A DNA stretch of 35,112 nucleotides from Neovahlkampfia damariscottae (lineage: Eukaryota): the NCBI GenBank assembly GCA_016618085.1, contig JABLTG010000189.1, positions 1 to 35,112 on the forward strand, read 5' to 3'. Positions 1-9,748 of the stretch are shown in pieces. How positions within the stretch are numbered: the stretch's first letter is position 1; every line of letters begins with the position of its first letter. The notes below the pieces were generated by a model that was not told the origin of the DNA, ran no database searches, and was given only the letters and a program-made list of their open reading frames with translations. A program made the translations under genes and the position numbers.

Positions 1-812
1 GTTTATATTTTTTTTTCATTAAATTAATGTCATTTAACATTTTGATGATTTCTGAATTTCTTGATGTTTCAATTCTATTAATCATCATTTCTTTTAAATC
101 ATCATTATCTTCAATGTTTTTGATAAATTTTTGATAAATATCACGAAATTGTTTAAAGGTTTGTTTCTTAATATCATGATTAACATTCATTTTCTTAAAA
201 AAGATAACTGGATCATCAATGAATGATTTGAATTCTTTTGAGTTTGTCTTTTCTTTCATTTTTGGAACTAATTTGTTAACGATAATTTTTCTTTCCAAAA
301 AATCAGCGATTTGTTGAGCAGTACGTCCGCATTTATCTTTTATGTCAGAATCTGCACCTTGTTCAACCAAAAAATCAACAACTTCCTAAATTTATTTTTT
401 TAGTAATGTGATATTACTTGATTGCCACTAACTGCTGCATATTGTAGAATGGTCCATGGAATATTATCTCCATATGATTTGTTTTCCTTCAAAATATTCA
501 GAAACGAAATTACTTACATCTTTGATATACTGGAGTCAACAGTTAACAATTTATTTATTCTTACAAGCTAAATCATTTTTAATTTTTATTTATTCTTACA
601 TACTAAATCATTTTTAATTTTTATTTATTCTTACTTTCTAAATCATTTTTAATTTTTATTTATTCTTACAAGTTAAATCATTTTTAATTTTTATTTATTC
701 TTACACAACCAATTGGATAGTCAAATTTTTCATTGATGTCAACTACATTCAACAATAGTTTTAATTTTTTGAAATCTTTCACATTAATCGCATATTTTAA
801 CTTTTCTTCCAT
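1..812 (-). CDS. Ankyrin-repeat protein, multi-exon with microexon array; 3' end runs off the window
   Basis: Manual splice model: ATG 812, exon 812-705 (MEEKLKYAINVKDFKKLKTIVECSDINEKFDYPIGC), microexons, exon 529-518 (YIKD), exon 486-418 (ENKSYGDNIPWTILQYAAVSGNQ), intron 417-386, then EVVDFLVEQGADSDIKDKCGRTAQQIA, which matches the ankyrin consensus. Frame is open to position 1. Confidence 0.85.
530..704 (-). repeat. 35-bp-period tandem array: 32-nt intron unit GTAAGAATAAATAAAAATTAAAAATGATTTAG plus a variable 3-nt spacer
   Basis: Units at 704-673 (ends AA instead of AG), 669-638, 634-603 and 599-568; a fifth intron 564-530 shares the 5' half only. Spacers are CTT (672-670), AAA (637-635), TAT (602-600) and CTT (567-565). 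Confidence 0.95.
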
Positions 813-1777
813 TTTCACCACGTTGTTCTGTGTTTCTTCACTTGATGTGTTGGGCCAATGAAATTGATTTCTGAAAAAACTTTATTGAAATTGTTTATTT
901 TTTGGTTTAGATTTCATTATTTGAGCTTTTTGTAAATTATTGGAGAAAATATTTTTGATTTCATCTCGGAGATTTATATTTGGTTTTCTTTGGAATAACT
1001 TTTTAAATGCTATTTTCATTGATTTAGATGCTACTAAATGAATAGACCATTTAAGAATTGTTCATCATAGTTTGGTGTTTTTCTGGCAGCTCTACTTGCA
1101 AAATCTCTTGCTCTGATATATTTCTTTTGATCAAGTGCTTCTTTGACTTTATTTCTCCAGTAAGAGTTACAATGTTCGATTTGTTTACTGACAATAAAGT
1201 CATATTCATCTTTACGTTTTCTGTTTGTTCCAAAATCCGGATCTCAAGAAAAAAGTCTCATGATTGGCTCGGAGAATAATTTATCCAATTATTTCGTATT
1301 TTTAATTTTACCAAACTTTTAATGTGTCTTCACCCTTCCTTTAGGTTGTGTAACACTCTGGTAATCCAAAGACGAAAATTGTATTTTCCAACATTTGGGA
1401 GGTTACTTATAATGTAAAAAAAAAATAACACTTATAAAGAACCACCTTCATATTGATTTCGAAAAGGCAGAAGAGAAGTTTCATCATTTATCAAAAATTT
1501 GCTTGAATCTGTATCCGTAAACTTTTCGGCTTGAGGTTGTGACAAATAGCTGGATGGTTTGACTTCGAAGAACTCCTTCATTTATATCATTTTGTGTAGA
1601 AAGTCGTTACTTTATTCCTCCAATAAAAATTAAAAACTTTGATTTTTGACAAGTTGATGCTTCAACACCTTCATCAATTGTAACTATAGTCTTTTTTTCA
1701 TATAATTTTAGGAAAAGTTTCGTGCAACAAAGAGAGCAAGAAGAACTTCACAACAAAATGGTCAAAATGACAATCAA

Positions 1778-2223
1778 AAAAAAAAAAAAAGAAAAGTTCA
1801 TAAAGAAGGAAACAAAACTAGAAATCTTACAAACACTTAAAGGCTGAAATACATGCCTTAGTGGTTGATGCAAATGAAAACCCAAAAGAAGTGACTCAGA
1901 TGAAAAATGTTGCATTATCAACGGTTTATTTAATTAAAAATAATAACTCATATGATGAGAAACCAAGAAGTGGAAAACCAAAAGAATATTCAGATGAGAT
2001 GTTTATCCAGTTATATACAAAATATCCAACAAAATCAACGAAAGAACATCATGATATTTGGAAGAAAGATGATCGAAAAAATTCACCATCACTCAGTACA
2101 ATAGAGAATGGGATCGAAAACATCGAGTTATTACACCACCAACGGTTTAAACATGGAGAAGAATTGCAGCAAAAGCTCCACAAACAAATGCTGAACTTGA
2201 ATAAATTGTTTGGAAAAATATAA
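1778..2223 (+). mobile_element. Degenerate Tc1/mariner-IS630-like transposase N-terminal (HTH) remnant
   Basis: VALSTVYLIK...DEKPRSGKPK...SLSTI resembles the HTH plus PRSGRP linker of IS630/Tc1 transposases. The 5' part is disrupted, and no DDE domain or TIRs were seen. Confidence 0.55.
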
Positions 2224-2352
2224 CAATAGAAGAAATTCAAAAAACAATAGATTTATTATCAGAAATATATCAATATATTATTGATAATAATGGTGATTAT
2301 TATCATCGCAACTGGAAGAAATATTAAAGTTATTTCAAACTATCCTTCTTAC

Positions 2353-2480
2353 TTGGTACATGTTGTTCTTTTACCAGAACCTTGTAAACCTACAAACATG
2401 ACAATATTTGGTTGTGCTTTAACAAGTTTTTTACTTTCTACGCTTGGGTCTAACAATTTACAAATTTCTTCAAAAACCAC
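2353..2480 (-). pseudogene. SRP54: Isolated SRP54 exon fragment
   Basis: [43 protein letters not shown] matches the SRP54 G-domain start ([17 protein letters not shown]). It is flanked by an AG acceptor and a GTAAG donor, but no continuing exons were found. Confidence 0.8.
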
Positions 2481-2803
2481 CTTTCATTAAAAATTACAAG
2501 TTTTAATTTAGTTGCACTTTGAAAATTTTTTTCTTTCAGTTCATTTCATTAATCAAAAAACGAATATTATGTCATTGTTATTTACAGATAATTATGCGAA
2601 TTTGAATTCCCAATTCAGTTCCAACCAATGAAATCAAGAGTTTGGCACAAGTGAAAAATTTTATATTTTTTATTTTTCAGATGAAAAAAATGTACCTTGA
2701 AAATATCTCGAACTTGAACTTGATTTTATGGTTCAAAGTTCCTTCGACCAATAAAAAGCTTCAATTTCTTGACTTGTTCAGCAACAAAAACAACAAATAT
2801 CAA

Positions 2804-3431
2804 ATGGACACTTCTTTAAAATGTGTAGTAGTAGGTGATGGTGCCGTAGGAAAAACATGTCTTCTTATCTCATATGCTTCAAATACTTTTCCAGATGATT
2901 ATGTACCAACAGTATTTGACAAGTAAGAAAAAAAAAAAAAAAAAAAATTAAAACAATAGTTATAATGCAAATGTCATGTGGAACAATCAAACCATTTCAT
3001 TAGGTTTATGGGATACAGCTGGACAAGAAGATTATGATAGATTAAGACCTTTAAGTTACCCAGATACAAATGTGTTTCTTGTTTGCTTTTCTGTTGTAAA
3101 TCCATCTTCTTATGCAAATGTTAAAACTAAATGGGTACCTGAATTAAAACATCATGCTCCTGAAGTTCCAATTATTTTAGTTGGAACAAAATTAGATTTA
3201 AGAGACGATGAAGAAATGTTGAAAAAACTTAGAGAAAAGGATACAAGTCCTGTTACAGAAGAAATGGGTAACAAGTTAAAAAATGAAATTGGAGCTGTTG
3301 CTTATGGTGAATGTAGTGCTAGAACTCAAAAAGGCTTAAAAGAAGTTTTTAACCATGCTATTGAATCAGTTTTGGCACCAAAAGGAAAAGAAAAAGAAAA
3401 AAAGAAAGGTGGTGGATGTCAACTTTTGTAA
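2804..3431 (+). CDS. RAC: Rho-family small GTPase (Rac-like)
   Basis: [22 protein letters not shown] (across intron 2923-2959, 37 nt, GT-AG), [23 protein letters not shown], polybasic tail and CaaX CQLL. Confidence 0.97.
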
Positions 3432-4135
3432 AATAAAAATTCAATTCTTTTCATATTTGTGTTCCAAGATCTTGGAAAATAGTCAAAACCTCAATAAATC
3501 GTGTTTCTTTAAATTTTCCTTCAAAAGGTATGCTTCAACGATGAATTGAATATTCCCTCATTCTTTTCCAACAATTCATCAATTAACTAAAACCGAATCC
3601 TTTGAGAACATCAAAATGAGCGATGTTTTCTACATTTTTCAATCAATATTTGAATAAATTAATTGTGTTGAATTGATTTGTGAGTCCTCTTCTTGTTCTG
3701 AAGGAGTAGTTTCTTCTTGGAACAATAGATTTCTATTACTCTTAGTATATTCTATTTGTTGGGGTAGGGAATAGTTATTGCATTAAATCAATGGAAATTA
3801 TTTGTATTTGAAATATTTTTCTTTTGATTTTGTAGTGACAATTGAATCATTTTTCATTGATAAGTTAATCTTATATCAATCAATAAGTTCAACTCAGTCT
3901 TCCAAAAGTTTTTGAGAAATATTTTTGGGTACGAAATTACTGACAGAATATGGCAAAATAGTTTTATGTTCAATAAGTTAATTATTATTTATTTTTTTAT
4001 AATACAACAGAATATAATATAAAAAAATAAATGACAATTAATTTTGAGTTATTTAACAATTAAATTTTTAATCTGTTATAAAGGATATTTCTGGTGTATA
4101 CAAAAAAAAAAATTTTTTCAATTACAAAATTTTGT

Positions 4136-4953
4136 TTATAAAATATTGCAGATTTTTGATAAATCGATATCAGGTTTACCAAACATCTTTGTTAAAATGA
4201 ATCCATCAATATCTTCATCTTTCACTTTTTCATCTTCAAGCATTTTATGTATTTGTTTCATTGTTTCAGATTCATACTTTGGCATATCTTTAATAGCATC
4301 ATAAACTTTTTTAACATCATTTTCAACTAAATTACTCATAAAAATAACTGGAGGAAATTTTTCGTTGACTTTTTCTTTTGAGTTTTCAGCTTGCAAAAAA
4401 TCTTGAATTTTTGTTTTCACTTCAGAAACATTTTTTTTTAAATTTGACATTAAATCATCTTTCAAATCTTCCCAATTATCACCATCACAATGAGTCACAA
4501 CAACAATGAGATGATCCCAAAATTCATTTCCAAAAACAAGTCCTACTTCTTTAATGAAAGTCATATCCATATTTTCAAAGTCTTTAATACTTACAACTAA
4601 AAGAAATGAGTTTAAACCTCTGACCACCATATCTTTGACAAATTGTTGAAAACAGTTTAAGAGAATTCCTGTACTTTTAATTTTTTCAACATCATCCATA
4701 AAACCAGGAGTATCCATAGTAGTTAATTTAGAGAGGTTTTTATCACCTAAAAAGTGTCCTGTTTGTAAATGTTTGATTTGATTTTGAGCGAAATTTTGAA
4801 CATCTAACTCTACTCCTGTTTTATATTTTTCTTCACCAAGTAAACTGTTTAATAATGTACTTTTTCCACAGCCTTGTTGGCCTTGAGTTTTATGTTTTAG
4901 AATCTTTTTTTTCTGTTTTTACCAAATACTCCCACAACAAATTGGTCTTTCAT
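4136..4953 (-). CDS. AIG1/GIMAP-like P-loop GTPase with C-terminal CaaX
   Basis: ATG 4953, intron 4922-4882. Motifs GQQGCGKSTLLNSLLG, DTPG, FGNEFWDHLIVVVTHCD; ends CNIL. Confidence 0.8.
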
Positions 4954-5055
4954 TTTGATTGGACGATTTCAAATTCAAAAGATTTTTTAACATTCAAAAA
5001 AAGATGAAAATTTCATTTAATTGAACTCTTATTTTCAATTTTGACTGAAAAGTTG

Positions 5056-6591
5056 TTAATTTTCTTTAATGAATTTCAAAATTTTTCTGGTGTCTTGGTT
5101 CATCAAATTTCTGTCTTGAATTTCATTAACTATTTCTTTAATTTTATTAACTTTCTCTTCTTTTGTTATATTTTCATATTTAGAATAGAAATGTAGTAGA
5201 AAATTGAAATAGTCAATTGGAAAATCATCATTCAAATTATGATCAATTTCAATCAAGCATTGCTCAATAACATCAATTTTTTTGAAATGAAATAAAAATC
5301 TCATAAGTTGAAGATAATATTTGATATTTGGATAAATATCTTTTGCAGTCATTTTTCTTTTAATCTCCAAAATTCGATCAAGATTTTCTTGTATAAATTT
5401 GTACTGTTCCAAAATCAAAGAATAAAATTCAAAATCTAAAAATGAGCTATAAATAGGATACTCTAATATAATTTCAGGCTTTTCATTGAATTTAATTGAA
5501 CATTTCAAAATTTTGAGTAGTAATTTTCGATCAATCATATTTGTGGAAACTTTCTTTAAAATGGTATCTAAGATGTCATTAAAATCACTTCCTTCATTTG
5601 AATTAAAAATTTTCTCTAATAAAATAGTATATGTTTGAACATTTGGTTCAATATTTTTTCTTTTCATTTGTTCAAAATAGTGAAGAATTTTATCATATTC
5701 TTGAATCCTCAAATAACCACTCATTATAGTATTATATGTAATAACATCTGGTTGAATTGAATACAGATTTAATGTTTCAATAGAATAATTAATATTTTCA
5801 ACATTTCGAAGTTTGAATGTTTCATTGATCAAAATATTCAACACTCTCAATTTCAGATGATTTGATGATTCATTTTTAAAAAAGACACCAATAAATTCAC
5901 GAATTTTGTCATACTCTTTCCATTTTACAAAACCTTTGATCATTAATTGATATATGAATGGGTTTGGACTGATTTGGTATTTGTTCAAATCCATGATTGT
6001 TTCCATAAATTTCTCGACTTTTTCATGATTGAAATAACCTTCTAACATTGAACCAATTGCATAAATATTTGGTTTTATTTTCAAATCATGCATTTTTGAA
6101 TAGATATATTCAGCAACTTCTGAAGTCTCTTCATGAGTCATCAATCCTTTTATCATTGTTGTAATAGTATAAACATTTGGACGAATTTCTTTTGCGAGCA
6201 TATGATCAAACAACTCTTTCATTTTCTTATATTCTTCCAGTTTAGAGCACCCATGTATTAAATTGGTGTATGTATACAATGATGGAGTGAATGAATTATT
6301 TCCAATTCGTTGATTGAATAATTCAAAACCTTGTCCGACTTTAGAACATTTTACACAACCCATAATAACTGTATCTATAATTTTATCATCTTTAATTTTC
6401 AATTTGTCAAACATCTGAAAAACTTCAATTGCTTTTTCAAAATTGTTATTTTGAAAGTGATATTTAATCAATGAATTTGTGGTGTAAACTAAGTCTTCTT
6501 TGATGAATTTTGGTTTCTGTATGATCGGAACAACGCTACTTGGATTTTTATATTTGAAACTCAATACTAGTTTGTTGTTGAAAAATCTCAT
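5056..6591 (-). CDS. Pentatricopeptide repeat (PPR) protein, probably mitochondrial
   Basis: Repeated 35-aa motifs (TYTNLIHGCSK...IRPNVYT; QPDVITYNTIMSGY...IEPNVQTYTILL); basic N-terminus; intronless 511 aa. Confidence 0.92.
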   Translation of the reverse strand: MRFFNNKLVLSFKYKNPSSVVPIIQKPKFIKEDLVYTTNSLIKYHFQNNNFEKAIEVFQMFDKLKIKDDKIIDTVIMGCVKCSKVGQGFELFNQRIGNNSFTPSLYTYTNLIHGCSKLEEYKKMKELFDHMLAKEIRPNVYTITTMIKGLMTHEETSEVAEYIYSKMHDLKIKPNIYAIGSMLEGYFNHEKVEKFMETIMDLNKYQISPNPFIYQLMIKGFVKWKEYDKIREFIGVFFKNESSNHLKLRVLNILINETFKLRNVENINYSIETLNLYSIQPDVITYNTIMSGYLRIQEYDKILHYFEQMKRKNIEPNVQTYTILLEKIFNSNEGSDFNDILDTILKKVSTNMIDRKLLLKILKCSIKFNEKPEIILEYPIYSSFLDFEFYSLILEQYKFIQENLDRILEIKRKMTAKDIYPNIKYYLQLMRFLFHFKKIDVIEQCLIEIDHNLNDDFPIDYFNFLLHFYSKYENITKEEKVNKIKEIVNEIQDRNLMNQDTRKILKFIKEN

Positions 6592-6741
6592 TTTGAATTA
6601 TGAACCAATGAGAAAAGAAATAGCTTCAAATTCTAGAAAAAACTAGTTTTTATTTTTATTTTAATGGAAAACTACTTTTCAAATCTTCTTTCATTTATCC
6701 AATTAGATTCTTTTTTTAACAAGAATTTTTAACACAAACAC

Positions 6742-7137
6742 ATGGACGACCTTTTCAACTCAAAAATTTTTAAAGTGTACTCATTACCTTTTCAATCATC
6801 AGATAATTTATTAGATCTCAAAAATATTAAAGAAGGTTTAATACCACCAAGAATATTGGTTTTGGAATATTTTGGAAATTATGAAAATTTAAAACAAGAA
6901 CTATTAAAACTTTCAGGTTTTTCAGTTGAAGGAATAGTTGCTATACCTAATTTTAACCCAAAGGAAGTGATAATTAAAACAACTTCTGTTGAAAAAATGA
7001 AAGAAATACTTGATGAAAATAATTGGAAAAAACAAGATTTCAAATTTAAAGTTCTGATTCAAATTTACGGTCAAATAGCAATTCCAATGAATAACTTACA
7101 AAGTTCTTTTGAAGGAAAATTGAAATCCAAACTGTAA
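6742..7137 (+). CDS. Uncharacterised protein; may continue through an intron toward 7290
   Basis: 131-aa ORF with typical composition, divergent from the PPR gene. The same frame reopens after TAA 7135-7137, and a 42-nt GT-AG intron could remove that stop. Confidence 0.45.
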   Translation: MDDLFNSKIFKVYSLPFQSSDNLLDLKNIKEGLIPPRILVLEYFGNYENLKQELLKLSGFSVEGIVAIPNFNPKEVIIKTTSVEKMKEILDENNWKKQDFKFKVLIQIYGQIAIPMNNLQSSFEGKLKSKL

Positions 7138-7279
7138 AATGAAGAAGAGGATTCATTGGTCAATTTGGTAGATTCAGTTTTGCAAATGAAGTTAAATTCA
7201 AGAATTGAGCTCCAAAACCATAATCAATTTCTAATTAACATATATTTAATACATATATCGACAATTGATGATTGTATTT

Positions 7280-7413
7280 GTGAGCTATAGTCTAATGGGA
7301 TTAAAATTTGTTTTCAATTGACACTCCTGCAAAGGAGACACGAAAGCAAGTTTTCCTCGGTAAGATATTCGAGTCCAGAGCGAATGGTGTTGGTTCGAGT
7401 CCAACTGGCTCAC
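7280..7413 (+). ncRNA. tRNA-like Pol III RNA (CCA at the anticodon position) with a 62-nt structured insertion in the D-loop
   Basis: Acceptor (G)TGAGCTA/TGGCTCA(C), A box TAGTCTAATGG, D stem GTCT/AGAT, anticodon arm TTCG-AGTCCAGAG-CGAA, variable loop TGGT, T arm GTTGG-TTCGAGT-CCAAC, followed immediately by T6. Confidence 0.85.
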
Positions 7414-7419
7414 TTTTTT
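7414..7419 (+). terminator. Pol III oligo-T terminator
   Basis: TTTTTT directly follows the acceptor 3' strand. Confidence 0.75.
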
Positions 7420-7464
7420 ATCGACTTTCCCTTTTGTGGATGTTAATGTTGGACAAAATTTATT

Positions 7465-8614
7465 TTAAATTGAATTCAATATATTTTTCAACACTTTTTT
7501 AACTTCATCATTGTTTAGTGTACAAATTGAATAAATTTTAATTCTGTCTTCTTCAAGGGTATCAAGTTGTTTTAAGAACTGTTCTTTAATGAATCCAAAT
7601 GCATTTTTGGCATTATTATCATCTTGATATTCAGGAAATGATTCACTTAATTTAACAGTTTGAATTTTTTTTTCAAATAAATCTTTCTTTGTGAACAGTA
7701 AAAAAATTTTTGTGTTTCTGAAAAATTCATGATTTACACATTCTTTGAAGCATTGAATACTGTCAAATAAACGATTGGTTTCATCATCTTCATACATTTT
7801 TTCATCATATTCTGATAATGAGCACACAAAAATCATATTCATGGTCGTATTAAACACTTTAGGATTTGATGATTAAAAATAATTTTTCTCCTACAACCTG
7901 ACCATTTTTTTCTTTCATTAGTTTGTCCACTAACATCATAAATTTTATATGAATCATTTTCATAACTCATTGAAACTTCAATAATACCTGAATTAATTCT
8001 CCGGTAAAGCAAAGAATCCAATAGAGTCGGTTTGTAATCAGAAGTTGGACAAAATCGTTCTATCTCATTCAAAAATCTATAAAAAATAAATGAATACACC
8101 TTGATAACAATTACATTTCTGCGTTTTCAGGTATGTGGTCAGTGTATCGACATTTTGTGAAAATCTCTTTCAACTTTTCATCCTTCCATAATTCTTGAAT
8201 AATTTTATATAATTCAACATTATAGTAGTTATGAAATTCAGCTACAGGGATATTTTCAAATTTATCAAATAGTTTCTTGTTTGAAAAAAAAAAAATTAAA
8301 AAAAAAATTCACAAACTTACAATATCACCTTCCACAGGAGTACTGATTCCATGGTTTTGACAGTATTTTACAATTGTATACATGGCTTCAATAATATTAT
8401 TTTCAATAAAATTTTTTGTTGAAATTGCTTCCTTTTCATATAAATTCTCTTTGGATAAATAACGAAACTGTTTAAAGAGTGTTGAAGTTCCAGCTTCACC
8501 AGTACCCAAAATTAGTATCTCTTTAGGTGGTATAATAGTTGATAACTTTTCACCAAGATCCGAATAATCATCATCGTCCAAAGAACTTTTGCTCACCTTC
8601 ACCAATTTTTTCAT
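7465..8614 (-). CDS. Divergent heterotrimeric G-protein alpha subunit-like protein (3 introns)
   Basis: ILILGTGEAGTSTLFKQ, YDVSGQTNERKKW, IFVCSLSEYD..MYEDDETNRL, FLLFTKKDLF. Three GT-AG introns join ORFs 8309-8614, 7839-8099 and 7465-7857. Confidence 0.92.
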
Positions 8615-8739
8615 TCTTCTGACATATGATTGGTCTAATTTGAGATTTTATTTGATCTGGTAGTTTACTTAAATTTTTTAAGATTTTGGGGATAAGAATA
8701 TTTTTCATATCAAATGATTGGTGGAAAATTAAACATGCT

Positions 8740-9557
8740 TTATTGACTCTTTCTTTTCTGATAATTCTTCTGTTGTGAAAGTTTTTCATAAAGTGAAGAT
8801 AATGCTTGAGTGGCAGTAACATTCATTCTGTCTTCAATCATTTCTTGAAATTTTTCATAGGTCACAATGTTTTTATCATCAACATAGTATAATTTAAAGA
8901 TTCCTCTGAATTCATCCGCTGCTTCTTCATCCATTCCAACAGCTTCTCGAAAGAAAATGATACAATCTTCAACATCTTGCTGTGAAATCACTCCGTTAGC
9001 ATCAGAATCATAAAAATTAAACCAAACTTGAAAAATTAACAATTTAAATGAAATTTCTAACTTTTTGTGTTTTTTTCGTGTTCGAATTTCTTTCCTAAAC
9101 CAAGTATTAAATCAAGAAATTCATGTGGATCAATTTCTCCTGATAAATCTGGATCCATTGACCTAAAGAGAAAACTTGAACATCCAGCATCTTCTGAAGC
9201 CAAAGGAAATGTATCTCTGAGAAAAGAACCAAAATATTCAGGTGTCATTATTCCTCCATTTGTTAAAAGATACCAATATTCAAGTAAACTTAAAATTTCG
9301 TTTTTTGTCACTCCTTCCAAATGAATGGCTGAATATTCATTCGCTATTTTTTCGAGAGATTTTCGGTGTTTTTGTAACATTTTAAAGTCATTCAGAGAAA
9401 TTTCTGAAATTGGAGAACTACATGAATCTTTTGATGACCTTCTTGAAGATGATCTCGAAGAAGGTGCAGATGATTGTCTTTTGGTCTTTATTGGTGATTC
9501 TGGATTCGATTTATTGTTTCTTTTGTTGAAAATATTGTTCAACACCTTTAATCCCAT
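8740..9557 (-). CDS. EF-hand calcium sensor (calcineurin B/NCS-like), paralogue 1
   Basis: EF loops DPDLSGEIDPHE and DSDANGVISQQD; N-terminal MG; intron 9061-9027. Confidence 0.85.
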
Positions 9558-9748
9558 TTGTTGTTGTTTTGTTTTTGTTTACATGAAAGATGCTTTTTAT
9601 TGGTCAAAGAAAAAACTAAAAAGGAAGGTAAAATAGCCGAATTTGCATCGTTCGAACCAGTTCTAATCAAACAAAAACAATTCATTTTACCTTCAAATCT
9701 GAAGTTGAATAGGTTTAAGCCAATCATCAATGAAACTGTAAAAAAAGA

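Noticed and set aside
551..704. CRISPR array
   Set aside because: Spacers are only 3 nt, there are no cas genes, the context is eukaryotic, and the repeats are intron-shaped.
3480..3960. Coding-like minus-strand DNA
   Set aside because: Multiple stops, no consistent splice model and no recognisable family.
7103..7144. Non-canonical GA-AG intron or TAA readthrough
   Set aside because: A canonical 42-nt GT-AG intron, or simple termination, explains it.
7316..7346. Hammerhead ribozyme or riboswitch within the D-loop insert
   Set aside because: The CUGAUGA core and the required three-stem junction are absent.
7280..7413. tRNA-Sec or a UGA-to-Trp code change
   Set aside because: The triplet is CCA, with no long variable arm or 9/4 fold. 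Trp is TGG in the genes examined, and TGA ends several genes (10602, 18138, 27381).
9067..9636. Plus-strand ORFs opposite the EF-hand gene (also 10991, 13893, 15730, 27391, 32715, 34663)
   Set aside because: Antisense or alternative-frame shadows of real genes, with no motifs.
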